Source: Candidatus Cloacimonadales bacterium
Lineage (GTDB): Bacteria; Cloacimonadota; Cloacimonadia; Cloacimonadales; JAFGVF01
Assembly (NCBI GenBank): GCA_963663475.2
Contig: CAXXJV010000001.1
Span: forward strand, 1,760,001 to 1,824,000
DNA: 64,000 nt
Reading direction: 5' to 3'
The stretch's first letter is position 1, and every line of letters begins with the position of its first letter. Positions 39,581-49,951 of this stretch are shown one piece after another. Both the position numbers and the translations under genes were made by a program. The notes under the pieces were generated by a model that had not been told where the DNA came from, did no database searches, and saw only the letters and a program-made list of their open reading frames with translations.

Positions 39581-39931
39581 TTAACACAGAGTTCCACAGA
39601 GGTTTAAGAGGAGTTTCACCTAGCTTGAATGCCAGCAGGGATGCTGGCGTTCCCAGTGAAGGTAGGGGCGAAATATTTTTCGCCCTCTTGAAAACACCAC
39701 CCCGTCCTGGGAATACCAGGACACCCCTCCGCGGGAGGGGAATTAAACACCCCGTCAGTGAAATACACTGCCACCCCTCTTTTTATCGTGCTTTCAGCAC
39801 TAAAGAGGGGAGTTAAGAACTCTTAAATCCCGAAGGGATGATATATGATAGCCCGGGGTGAAATCCTGAAGGGATTGTAACCCCGGGAATAGGATACCAA
39901 CCCAAAAACTAAACCCTGTAAGGGTGAAATA
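39581..39931. repeat. Stacked REP-like palindromes of at least five families
   Basis: CACAGAG unit; GCCAGCAGGGATGCTGGC; GTAGGGGCGAAA..TTTCGCCC; two CACCCCGTC..CCCCTC..GAGGGG units; CCCGAAGGGA triple-hairpin unit. Confidence 0.85.
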
Positions 39932-40012
39932 GGAAAAAAATGGTCATATTATTTATAACTGGATATATAGGTGAAAATATGATAAACGAATTAGAAGAAA
40001 AACGAGCAAATT

Positions 40013-43000
40013 ATGAAATTAAAATTTAAGCAAACTCACTACCAAGCTGAAGCTACTCAAGCAGTAGTAAGATGTTTTCAAGGTCAGGAGAAAGGTTTTA
40101 GGAAAGAGACAGTGGATAGGAGTGATCTTTTTGCCAGAGAAATCTTCTCTAATAAGAAGATAGAACTAAGTGATGAAGATATACTCAAGAATGTTCAAGA
40201 ATTACAAAAAGAACAGGGCTTGAGGGTAAATCCTACTTTACAGGGTCGTGAGTTCTCTATTGAAATGGAAACAGGGACAGGTAAGACTTATGTCTATATT
40301 AAGACTATGTATGAACTTAATAAGAAATATGGCTGGAGTAAATTCATCGTTATGGTGCCTTCTATTGCTATTCGGGAAGGTGTCTATAAGTCTTTTCAGA
40401 TAACTGAAGACCATTTCCAAGAAATCTATGGTAAGAGAATAAGATACAATATCTATAATACCCAAAATAAATCTAATTTGACTAATATTAAATCTTTTGC
40501 TGAAACTAGTAACATAGAAGTGATGATTATGAATTATCAAGCTTTTGCAACTACGAGTAAAGAGTCGCGGAAAATTTATCAGAAACTTGATTCCTTGCAG
40601 TCAGAGAAACCCATAGATATAATTAAAAGAGCTCGTCCTATAATTATCATAGATGAACCACAACGCTTTGGAGATAAGGCAGATAAGATATTCAAAGAAA
40701 GAGTTTTTAATCAACTCTTTATTCTAAGATATTCTGCTACTCATAAAGCAGATAAAGAGTTTAGTAAGATTTATAGATTAGATGCTATTGATGCTTTTAA
40801 CCAGAAGTTAGTTAAGAAAATCAATGTTAAAGGTATTGAAGTCTTAGAAAATAAGGGAACAAACTCTTATCTCTTCTTAGATAGAATACAGGTTAGCAAA
40901 ACTACAAATCCCTTTGCTTGGTTGGAGATTGAAGTAAAACAAGCTTCACGAATTACTAAGAAAATAGTTAAAGTGGAGGAGAGAGACAGACTGCTTGATA
41001 AGTCTAATAATCTCACCCAGTATGATGGTTATGTAGTGAAAGAGATTAACGCCCTGAAGAATAGCCTAAGCTTTCTAAATGGTATAGAAATCTTTGTTGG
41101 TCAGACTTTAGGAGATGTTTCTGAAGAACATCTTCGCAGGATTCAGATTAGAGAAACTATCAAATCACATCTGGAAAAAGAAAAAACACTCTACCCAAAG
41201 GGGATAAAAGTCCTTTCCCTCTTCTTCATAGATGAAGTAAGTAAATATCGTCACTATGAAGGTTCAGATGAATTAAAGGGTGAATATGCTAAAATCTTTG
41301 AAGAAGAATATCTGCAAGCTATTACCGAGATAGATGCTTTTGCTCCTGAATATAATAAATATTTGGATAGGTTAAGAGCTGATCAAGTTCATAATGGTTA
41401 CTTCTCCATAGATAAAAAAGGCAAACTAATTAACTCTAAAGAGAAGAGAGGTCAAGAAGGCTCAGATGATGTTTCTGCTTATGATTTGATTATGAAAGAT
41501 AAAGAAAGACTGCTGAGTCTGCACGAGCCTACTCGTTTTATTTTCTCTCATTCAGCCTTAAGAGAGGGCTGGGATAATCCTAATATCTTTCAAATCTGTA
41601 CCCTAAAACATAGTCAATCTACTATCAGTAAAAGACAAGAGATAGGACGAGGACTTAGAATCTGTGTTAATTCTCAAGGTGAAAGAATGGATTCGTCAGT
41701 CTTAGAAAGTGATTTCTTTAATATCAATACCCTTACAGTTGTCGCCAGTGAATCCTATGATTCCTTTGCTAAAGAACTGCAAAATGAGATAGTCAAATCT
41801 CTTTCCGATAGACCTATCATGTTATCAACTTCAATACTATTAAATAGGATTATTACTAACGAGAAGGGAGAGAAATATGAATTTGATGAAAATACTGCCA
41901 TGGATTTCATTTTTAGCCTCAAAATGAATGGCTATCTTGATGATAAATACTTTATTACAGAAGATTTAATCAAAGATATTGAAGAGGATAAATTTCAAGT
42001 ACCAGAAAGCATTCAGCCTTTCAAATTTGAAGTAGGAAATATTCTCCAACAAATCTATCAAACTAAAAATTATTCTGCTACAGGAGATGAAAGGAAAAAT
42101 AATATCAAAGAAGCTATCTTGCAACCTAACGAAAACTTTGCCAAGCAAGAGTTTAAAGACTTATGGAATAAAATCAAGATTAAAACTGTCTATGAAGTAG
42201 ATTTTGATAGCCAAGAGTTGATTTCTAAATGTATCCAAAGAATTGATAATGAGCTGGATGTTAAACTTGTAATGATAAAGGTAACCCAAGGCTCACAAGC
42301 AGATAAAATAGATGCTGATGCCTTAAGAAGCGGAACTTCTCTTAATAAAGGGAAAAGCTATGTTAATAAAGCTGATTCTCTCTTAGGCTCCCTCAAATAT
42401 GATCTCTTAAATGAAATTCTTATGGAAACCAATCTCACTCGCAAAACTATTGCTAAGATTCTCAAAGGGATACGCCAAGATAAGTTCTATCAATTTAGAG
42501 TAAATCCTGAAGACTTTATCAAAAAAGTGAGTGACATCATTAATGAAGAGAAATCCACAACTCTCATTAATAACATTACTTATTCTAAAATTGACCAAGT
42601 TCATGAAGATAATATCTTCACTATCAATAATTTCCAAGGCTCTCTGGAAGATAATATCCTCAAAGTTAAAAAACATATCTATGATTATGTTAAAACAGAT
42701 TCTCAAACAGAAAGAAAGTTTGCTCAAGATTTAGAAACAGGTCAAGTTGCTATCTATGCCAAGCTTCCCAGAGGTTTCTATATTCCTACCCCCATAGGAA
42801 ATTATAACCCAGACTGGGCAATTGTCTTTGATACTGATAGCTTTAAATATATCTACTTCATCGCTGAAACTAAAGGTTCTATGAAAACATTGCAGCTCAA
42901 AGAAATAGAAAAACTAAAAATTAATTATGCTAAAAAGCATTTTGAAGCTCTTAATACTTCTAATGTTAAGTATGATGTGATTACTAATTATCAGGATTTG

Positions 43001-43021
43001 ATGGATAAGGTGTTGAAATAA
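40013..43021 (+). CDS. res: Type III R-M restriction subunit Res
   Basis: EMETGTGKT, IIDEPQ, RYSATH, HSALREGWDNPN, QEIGRGLR and the C-terminal nuclease YNPDW...AETKG. Confidence 0.93.
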   Translation: MKLKFKQTHYQAEATQAVVRCFQGQEKGFRKETVDRSDLFAREIFSNKKIELSDEDILKNVQELQKEQGLRVNPTLQGREFSIEMETGTGKTYVYIKTMYELNKKYGWSKFIVMVPSIAIREGVYKSFQITEDHFQEIYGKRIRYNIYNTQNKSNLTNIKSFAETSNIEVMIMNYQAFATTSKESRKIYQKLDSLQSEKPIDIIKRARPIIIIDEPQRFGDKADKIFKERVFNQLFILRYSATHKADKEFSKIYRLDAIDAFNQKLVKKINVKGIEVLENKGTNSYLFLDRIQVSKTTNPFAWLEIEVKQASRITKKIVKVEERDRLLDKSNNLTQYDGYVVKEINALKNSLSFLNGIEIFVGQTLGDVSEEHLRRIQIRETIKSHLEKEKTLYPKGIKVLSLFFIDEVSKYRHYEGSDELKGEYAKIFEEEYLQAITEIDAFAPEYNKYLDRLRADQVHNGYFSIDKKGKLINSKEKRGQEGSDDVSAYDLIMKDKERLLSLHEPTRFIFSHSALREGWDNPNIFQICTLKHSQSTISKRQEIGRGLRICVNSQGERMDSSVLESDFFNINTLTVVASESYDSFAKELQNEIVKSLSDRPIMLSTSILLNRIITNEKGEKYEFDENTAMDFIFSLKMNGYLDDKYFITEDLIKDIEEDKFQVPESIQPFKFEVGNILQQIYQTKNYSATGDERKNNIKEAILQPNENFAKQEFKDLWNKIKIKTVYEVDFDSQELISKCIQRIDNELDVKLVMIKVTQGSQADKIDADALRSGTSLNKGKSYVNKADSLLGSLKYDLLNEILMETNLTRKTIAKILKGIRQDKFYQFRVNPEDFIKKVSDIINEEKSTTLINNITYSKIDQVHEDNIFTINNFQGSLEDNILKVKKHIYDYVKTDSQTERKFAQDLETGQVAIYAKLPRGFYIPTPIGNYNPDWAIVFDTDSFKYIYFIAETKGSMKTLQLKEIEKLKINYAKKHFEALNTSNVKYDVITNYQDLMDKVLK

Positions 43022-43318
43022 AAAAGATCTTTACTTTTACGGAATACAAGCTTACCTAATCATGAAAGATACTTTGAAGAAAAGCAATATTAATTTCCTA
43101 CTTATGGGATTGTGAAACAGACGGGAAATGATATGAAAAAAAGTTGAATAAATGATATAATAAATGCTAATTTATTTAATACTGGACAATTTATAGTGCT
43201 AAATAATTATAATTTAGCTGTGGAAAAAATATTTAAAACTGGACAGCTATCTAGAAGCTTTCATTATTGAACTAAGATAAGCTTCTGCTGAAGATATTAA
43301 AATCAAATAGAGGAATTT

Positions 43319-45955
43319 ATGGAACTTTTTAAAAATGGAAGTAAATGGTTAAAAGCGGATTTTCACTTGCATACTAATGCAGATAAAAAATTTCTATATA
43401 ATAATAATTGTGAACATCCTGAAAAGAATACATTTCCCAATGATTTTGTAGAGAAGCTTTTTCTGCAAAATATAAGGATAGGTGTGATAACAAATCACAA
43501 TAAATTTGATTTTGAAGAGTTCAAATCCATAAGGAAAAAAGCCAAGCATAAAGATATTTTTATCTTACCAGGTGTAGAATTATCAATTAATGAAGGAGCT
43601 AATGGAATTCATACATTAATTGTCTTTTCTGAACAATGGATAGAAAATGGGAAAAACTATATTTCATCTTTTTTAACTTCCATGTTTCCAGGTAAGACAG
43701 AAAGCGAATACAACAATGAAAACGGTAGAAGTGAAAAGAACCTATTACAAGTACTCGAAGAATTAAATAAAAATAACAGAGATTATTTTATAGTATTTGC
43801 TCATGTTGAACAAAGAAATGGATTATGGAAAGAGTTGGGGGGAGGTCGCTTAGGCGACCTATCGGAAAATAGATATTCTTCACTTAGACAAAAAACATTA
43901 GGATTCCAAAAAGTCAGGAATGATGATTTACGAGAAAAAGTAAAGCTATGGCTAAAAGATTGGTACCCAGCTGAAGTAGAAGGATCAGATTGTAAAAAAA
44001 TTGAGGAGATTGGAGATAAATCAGGAGAGACTTGGATTAAAGTCGGAGACTACTCTTTTGAAGCTGTAAAATATGCTCTAATTGACTATAAAAATAGGCT
44101 TTCAAATATTAAACCAGCAGACCTTAAACACTCTTATCTAGAGAGCATCTCGTTTACAGGTGGTCTCTTGAACCAGCAAACTTTTAACTTCTCTCCAGAA
44201 CTTAATTCGTTAATAGGCATAAGAGGCAGTGGAAAATCTTCAGTTATTGAAGCAATAAGATATGTTTTAGACATACATTTTGGAGATAAAGCAATTGATA
44301 AGTCTTATAAAGAAGGATTAATAAATCATACTCTTAAAAGTGGTGGTAAGGTTTCTGTCATTGCTAAAGATAGGTTGGGCAATAAGTACGAAATATCGCG
44401 TGTTCTCAATGAAGCGCCTGAGGTTTTCATTAATGGGCAATTAAAATCAGGTATTTCAATAACTAAAACAATTATTCATAAACCTATTTATTTTGGACAA
44501 AAAGATTTATCTAGCACTGGAGAAGGATTTGAAAAAGATTTAGTAGAGATATTAGTTGAACATAAACTAATAGGAATAAGAGAAAAAATTGAATCAAAAA
44601 AGAATGATGTTATTAGTAATTGTATCGAACTTGAAAAACTAACTGATGTAGATAAAAAAATAAAAGATAATACCTCTAGAAAAGAGGATGCTGAATACAG
44701 ACTGAAAATATATAAAGACAATGGTATTGAAAACAAACTACAAGAACAATCAAGTTTTGAGTCGGATTTAAGGAAAATACAGGATATTTTAGAAAGTATA
44801 GAATGTTTTAGTAATGATTTTAAACAAGTAATTGATAGCCATGAAGATGAATTAAAAAACCAGACACTTTACAAATCAAAGTTTAACTCAGATTACTTTG
44901 CTGAATTCTTTTCAGAATACAGTAAAATAATATCTAATTTTGACAATCTTAAATCATATACAATTAAAATTGAAGAAATAACTAATATATTACTCAAAAA
45001 GAAAAGTGATTTTGAGAAATTAAAAAAGAGTAAACGGGATGCTTTTGAAGAAGTCAGAAGAAATCTTGAAGTCGAACTGCAAAAGAGTGGAAAGAGTCTT
45101 GACTTAGAAGAATTTCCCAAGATCGAGAAGACTATTGAAACTACTACAAAATTACTAAAGAGTCTGCAAATAGAGCAAACTAGAAAACAAGAACTTAGAA
45201 ATATGCTCAAAGAGAATTTGTCAGAGCTGAACAAACTTTATCATCACGAATTTTCTCTGATTAAAGAAGAGTTAGATATAATTAACGCTAAAAATAGTTC
45301 TTTACGAATTGAAGCGCAATATAAAGGAGATAAAGATGCTTTCCTCAAATTTTTCAAAGATGAATTTAAAGGAAGCAAGATTTGGGAAATTTCTTTACAA
45401 AGCATTGTTAAAGAATATTCTGATTTTTCAGCAATATACAATAATATTGAAAAAGTTTTATCTTCATTAACTTCATCTTCTGAGACTTTTACAAAATTCT
45501 TCTATTACAACATTAAAGAGTTGTTAACCTGGCAAGTACCAAACAAATTTACTATTACTTATCGTGGTAAAGAGCTTATTCATCATTCTCTAGGTCAAAG
45601 AGCATCTGCACTAATTCTTTTTGTTCTAAGCCAAAATGAAAATGATTTGATAATTATTGACCAACCTGAAGATGATTTAGATAATCAAACAATTTATGAA
45701 GAAGTAATAAAATTACTAAGAACACTGAAGATAAAAACTCAGTTTATTTTTGCAACTCATAATGCAAATTTCCCTGTTTTAGGAGATAGTGAAAAGATTT
45801 TTTCCTTTAAATATGAAGATGAAAAGATTACTTTTACTGAGGGCAGTATTGATAGTCCATTAATGCAACATGAAATTGTTGATATAATGGAAGGTGGAGA
45901 AGATGCATTTAATAAAAGAAAGGAAATTTATAATATATGGAAACCTCTGAGTTAA
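43319..45955 (+). CDS. PHP-domain + SMC/ABC-ATPase protein (TrlF / Ppl-like anti-phage family)
   Basis: PHP: DFHLHT, ITNHN, PGVEL, FAH, EGSD. ATPase: GIRGSGKSS, coiled coil, SLGQR, IIDQPEDDLDN, ATHN. Confidence 0.85.
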   Translation: MELFKNGSKWLKADFHLHTNADKKFLYNNNCEHPEKNTFPNDFVEKLFLQNIRIGVITNHNKFDFEEFKSIRKKAKHKDIFILPGVELSINEGANGIHTLIVFSEQWIENGKNYISSFLTSMFPGKTESEYNNENGRSEKNLLQVLEELNKNNRDYFIVFAHVEQRNGLWKELGGGRLGDLSENRYSSLRQKTLGFQKVRNDDLREKVKLWLKDWYPAEVEGSDCKKIEEIGDKSGETWIKVGDYSFEAVKYALIDYKNRLSNIKPADLKHSYLESISFTGGLLNQQTFNFSPELNSLIGIRGSGKSSVIEAIRYVLDIHFGDKAIDKSYKEGLINHTLKSGGKVSVIAKDRLGNKYEISRVLNEAPEVFINGQLKSGISITKTIIHKPIYFGQKDLSSTGEGFEKDLVEILVEHKLIGIREKIESKKNDVISNCIELEKLTDVDKKIKDNTSRKEDAEYRLKIYKDNGIENKLQEQSSFESDLRKIQDILESIECFSNDFKQVIDSHEDELKNQTLYKSKFNSDYFAEFFSEYSKIISNFDNLKSYTIKIEEITNILLKKKSDFEKLKKSKRDAFEEVRRNLEVELQKSGKSLDLEEFPKIEKTIETTTKLLKSLQIEQTRKQELRNMLKENLSELNKLYHHEFSLIKEELDIINAKNSSLRIEAQYKGDKDAFLKFFKDEFKGSKIWEISLQSIVKEYSDFSAIYNNIEKVLSSLTSSSETFTKFFYYNIKELLTWQVPNKFTITYRGKELIHHSLGQRASALILFVLSQNENDLIIIDQPEDDLDNQTIYEEVIKLLRTLKIKTQFIFATHNANFPVLGDSEKIFSFKYEDEKITFTEGSIDSPLMQHEIVDIMEGGEDAFNKRKEIYNIWKPLS

Positions 45956-47094
45956 TAGAAATAATTGCAAGAGATGAGGATAGTAGGCACCAGTTTAAAG
46001 CAGATTTAACTAATGAAGTTTCTGCAGGTCAAGAAATGGTTGCATTTAGTAATACAAAGGGTGGTATGTTAATCATTGGAGTGTCAAATGATGGGCAAAT
46101 TTCAGGACTTAATAGAGATGATATGAATAGATTAAACAATCTTATATCAAATGCAGCATCTCAACAAGTAAAACCTGCAATAAATCCTATTACTGAGAAT
46201 ATCCAACTACCTGAAGGATTGGTAATGGTTGTACATATTCCTCAAGGTATCTCAAAGCCATATATGGATAAAAATGGTGTAATCTGGGTTAAAAGCGGTG
46301 CTGATAAACGAAAAGCAACTTCTCGAGAAGAAATTCAGCGAATATATCAGAGTGCTGGGCTGATACATGGGGATGAGATTTTAGTTCCTAATATGTTAAT
46401 CACAGATATGGAACTAGATTATTTTAAGTCCTATTTCTTGAAAAGATTTAACAAAAACATTGATGATATTGAACTTCCATTAAAAACAATTATCTCAAAT
46501 TTGAACTTGGGAAGAGATGGCTTTTTAAATATAGCTGGAGCTTTACTCTTTGGTAAAAATAACTCTTTTAAACTTCCATCCTTTATAGTTAAATGTGTTG
46601 CTTATCCAAGTAATGTCATATCAGTTAAAGAATACAGGGATAGTGAAGACATTTCGGGTATAATTGAAAATGTTTATAGAATGATACTAAGTTTCATTAC
46701 CAGAAATTTACAGAAGGTTCAAAAAATTCAAAGTATAAATTCCATAGGCGAATTAGAGATCCCAAAAGTAGTTTTTGAAGAGCTGATTGCTAATGCTTTA
46801 ATTCACAGAGATTATTTTATCTCTGCACCAATCAGAATTTTTATCTTTTCTGATAGAATTGAGATAATTAGCCCAGGACATCTTCCCAATAATTTAACTA
46901 TAGAAAATATTAAAAATGGAAACTCAAATCAACGAAATCCAATACTTACTTCTCATGCTACTCATATTTTACCTTATAGAGGGCTAGGTACAGGTATTAT
47001 CAGAGCAGTTACTGCTTATAAAGATATATCATTTATCGATGACAGGGATAGTAATATCTTCAAAGTTGTAATAATGAGACCAAATAAGAGCTAA
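45937..47094 (+). CDS. Schlafen/AlbA_2 domain + RecG-C-like (HATPase_c_4) protein
   Basis: EDSRHQFK, AFSNTKGG.LIIGV, ELIANALIHRDY, SPG.LP, RNP and GLGTG motifs. Overlaps the upstream gene by 19 nt. Confidence 0.85.
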   Translation: METSELIEIIARDEDSRHQFKADLTNEVSAGQEMVAFSNTKGGMLIIGVSNDGQISGLNRDDMNRLNNLISNAASQQVKPAINPITENIQLPEGLVMVVHIPQGISKPYMDKNGVIWVKSGADKRKATSREEIQRIYQSAGLIHGDEILVPNMLITDMELDYFKSYFLKRFNKNIDDIELPLKTIISNLNLGRDGFLNIAGALLFGKNNSFKLPSFIVKCVAYPSNVISVKEYRDSEDISGIIENVYRMILSFITRNLQKVQKIQSINSIGELEIPKVVFEELIANALIHRDYFISAPIRIFIFSDRIEIISPGHLPNNLTIENIKNGNSNQRNPILTSHATHILPYRGLGTGIIRAVTAYKDISFIDDRDSNIFKVVIMRPNKS

Positions 47095-47254
47095 TAAATT
47101 TGTCTAGTGTATTAGCTAGACAATAATGTTTATTAAGAAGCAAAAAAAATCATCTTAAACTAAAATAATGCATTAGACCGGAGTTCCTCAACCTAAGGTA
47201 AGGGACTTCGGACCAACAACCATAATAAATCCAAAAAAAAAAAATAAAATAAAC

Positions 47255-47283
47255 TTGACACTCAAAGAAAGGTAACCTATTCT
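47255..47283 (+). promoter_or_regulatory. Sigma70 promoter
   Basis: TTGACA-17-TATTCT upstream of AAGGAG and ATG 47311. Confidence 0.65.
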
Positions 47284-47310
47284 TGCTTAGATAATAATTA
47301 AGGAGATCTT

Positions 47311-49353
47311 ATGTGTAGAAGTATGAAGTATATTTTTAACTTGTTGTTAGTCTGTAGTTTTTTGATAACTATTTCATGTGATGACACTACTTCCAAGCCT
47401 ACAAGTCAACTTACTAGTCCAAGCTTTTCCCTTAATGCAGGATTATACAATGATATTCTCGAAATTGAATTAAATCATGAAAATCCTCAAGCTCAAATCT
47501 ATTACACACTAGATGGGAGCCTGCCTTCAGAAAATTCACAACTCTACCAAGAAGCAATCTTAGTAGTTGCTACAACAACAATCAAAGCTATTGCCTATCA
47601 TTCATCTTACAAAGCTAGTGAAGTTAATAGTAAAACCTTTTGGCTCAATCTAACCCCAGTTCAAGATCCTATTTTTGTTACAGAACCAGGAACTTATTAT
47701 TATGAGGAAACAATTGCTTTAGAGTGTCCAACTCAAGGTGCTGATATCTTTTACACCTTAGATGGAAGCCAACCTAGCCAAGAATCTCAAAAGTATGAAC
47801 AAGCTTTTTTAATCACAGAAAGTTATACTGTGAAAGCAAGAGCATACAAACAATATTATCCCTCAAGTGAAACAGTTACAGCTAATTATGAAATTACCCT
47901 TCCAAGTGTTGCTGTTCCAACTTTTACCCCTTCTCCAGGACTTTATGATTTGAATCAAACTGTTTCTCTTCATTCGGCTACTCAAGCTGCAGCAATCTAC
48001 TATACTATTGATGGTTCTCAACCTACAATAAATTCTCTTTTGTATAATGAACCCTTGTATATTGACTCTTCAATTACAATCAAAGCTATTGCTGTTAAAG
48101 AAGATTATCTGAATAGTCCAATGGTTGCAGGACAGTATATTATTGAATATCAGACAGTCGCAGCACCTGAATTTTCCTTAGAACCAGGTTATTATCTTGG
48201 TAGCCAAACTGTTAGCATTGAGACAGCAACTCCTTCTGCGTCAATATATTACACTTTAGATTCGAGTCAACCTAGTCAAGCATCCCAACTTTACTCTAAT
48301 CCTATTGAAATAAGTGAACCAACCACAATCAAGGCTATAGCTTTCAAAGAATTTTTTTATGATAGTCCAATCGTGTCTGCTGAATATAAAGTCTATCAAG
48401 AAGCTGTAGAAAATCCTATTCTAGATCCTCCCCCAGGTAATTATATTGGAATGCAAGTTGTAACTTTATCTTGTTCCACTCCTGGAGCACAGATTTACTA
48501 TACTGTAAATGGAACCATACCTACAGAAAGTTCTTATCTCTATATTGCACCTCTAAGTATCAGTCAAACTACTGTTCTAAATATCAGAGCTTTCGCACCT
48601 GGATACTACCCTAGTGAAATTCAGGGATCTCGTTATCTTATAGGAAATCCAGCACCAAATGACTTTGTTTTTGTGGAAGGGGGAAGTTTTAGTAATTATA
48701 TAGCTGATGTAACGATAAGTTCCTTCTATATATCAAATCATGAGATTACCCAAGCTGATTATTTCTCAACAATGGGCTTTTGGCCTGACGCACCTAATGG
48801 CTTTGGTGCTTATCACCCTGCCTATTACTTAACCTGGTATGAAGTAGTAGCCTATTGTAATGCTAGATCTATTGAAGAAGGGTTAGTACCTTGCTATAAT
48901 CTTTCCAACTGGTCATGTGATTACGAGGCTACTGGTTATAGATTACCTACTGAAATGGAGTGGATGTATGCTGCTAAAGGTGGCAACTTTCAACCAGAAA
49001 CAGATTATAACACTTATGCCGGAACAGATAATCCTAACCTCTTAATCGATTATGCTTGGTATAATATGCTAGCTAACAATAGTTGTTATCAGGTCAGAGG
49101 AAAGTTAGCAAATCAGCTAGGCCTCTATGATATGTCTGGAAATGTTTATGAATGGTGTAATGATTGGTATGGTAACTATAGTACTGAAAATCAAACAAAT
49201 CCAACTGGACCTGAGACAGGGGACAGTAAAGTTATCAAAGGTGGTGCTTGGAATACCTGGTCAGATGCTTGCAAAATTACTTCAAGAGATCATGCAGATC
49301 CAGCAATTTCATCAAATAATATCGGTTTTAGATTGGTTAGGAGGACTTACTAA
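47311..49353 (+). CDS. Surface lipoprotein: 5 chitobiase-C/Fn3-associated repeats + FGE-sulfatase (C-type lectin fold) domain
   Basis: Lipobox TISC. Five P.F...PG.Y...IYYT.DGS.P repeats. RLPTEMEW.YAA.GG, GLYDMSGNVYEWC.DW and NIGFRLVR motifs. Confidence 0.88.
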   Translation: MCRSMKYIFNLLLVCSFLITISCDDTTSKPTSQLTSPSFSLNAGLYNDILEIELNHENPQAQIYYTLDGSLPSENSQLYQEAILVVATTTIKAIAYHSSYKASEVNSKTFWLNLTPVQDPIFVTEPGTYYYEETIALECPTQGADIFYTLDGSQPSQESQKYEQAFLITESYTVKARAYKQYYPSSETVTANYEITLPSVAVPTFTPSPGLYDLNQTVSLHSATQAAAIYYTIDGSQPTINSLLYNEPLYIDSSITIKAIAVKEDYLNSPMVAGQYIIEYQTVAAPEFSLEPGYYLGSQTVSIETATPSASIYYTLDSSQPSQASQLYSNPIEISEPTTIKAIAFKEFFYDSPIVSAEYKVYQEAVENPILDPPPGNYIGMQVVTLSCSTPGAQIYYTVNGTIPTESSYLYIAPLSISQTTVLNIRAFAPGYYPSEIQGSRYLIGNPAPNDFVFVEGGSFSNYIADVTISSFYISNHEITQADYFSTMGFWPDAPNGFGAYHPAYYLTWYEVVAYCNARSIEEGLVPCYNLSNWSCDYEATGYRLPTEMEWMYAAKGGNFQPETDYNTYAGTDNPNLLIDYAWYNMLANNSCYQVRGKLANQLGLYDMSGNVYEWCNDWYGNYSTENQTNPTGPETGDSKVIKGGAWNTWSDACKITSRDHADPAISSNNIGFRLVRRTY

Positions 49354-49365
49354 GCATCTTGTGAG

Positions 49366-49936
49366 TTTAACCGTAATGGCGCAGTAGAACTTTGATGAAG
49401 AGTGCTAAAAGAAGATAGTGCTATTCGCAAAGATCTACTGCATTAAACTATTCATCCCCTTTTGGGATTCAAGACTTATCCCTGACTTGAACTTGAGCCT
49501 GCTTTTTGTTGGAGACCAGACTTCCTCAGCCGTAGGCAAGGGACTTCGGGTGAAGAGTGTCGGAAGTCGCTACTCCGTGAGCAAGTCTCGTCACTCTTCA
49601 TATAATCTTACTTGTAACTTTCTATTATTCAAGCAATATGCTATAATGAAAGTCTCTTATTTACCAGCAGACTTGAACAAGAGCCATTAATTAAGTTAAA
49701 CCCAAATAATGCAATAGATCTTTGTGAATAGCACTATATTCTTCTGCAAAAGTAACTTCCATAATTTCTCCGAATATATAAAATATATGCGTCAAAATTC
49801 TGTAAGCTATTTTGCTAGAATAATCTGCACTCTTCACTAAAGCTCTACTACACTATCTGGGTTAAAATATAAATAAAGGGACACATTCGATTGTGTCCCT
49901 ATTTATGTTTGAGTTTATTATCCTTTAACCCAGATA
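49366..49936. repeat. Repeat mosaic: short element D (49366-49447, -), repeat B (49513-49596), full element D (49696-49865), D half-end (49924-49936)
   Basis: Direct sequence matches to copies elsewhere in the window. Confidence 0.8.
49870..49906. terminator. Stem-loop, probable terminator of the LruC gene
   Basis: ATAAATAAAGGGACAC...GTGTCCCTATTTAT. Confidence 0.6.
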
Positions 49937-49951
49937 CTTGACTATCTTGGC

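Noticed and set aside
39568-39816. C-terminal part of the 183-aa ORF as a real protein domain
   Set aside because: It is read-through into stacked REP palindromes after the DUF1016 truncation.
33100-47094. DISARM or BREX system
   Set aside because: No DrmA/DrmB (DUF1998), PglZ or BrxC. The methylase and Res are typical Type III.
48660-49353. FGE-sulfatase/C-type-lectin C-terminus as the target of a diversity-generating retroelement
   Set aside because: No template repeat with adenine-specific mismatches and no reverse transcriptase found in the window. A remote DGR cannot be excluded.
49418-49690. 90-aa ORF
   Set aside because: It spans a mosaic of non-coding repeats and has no RBS or recognisable domain.
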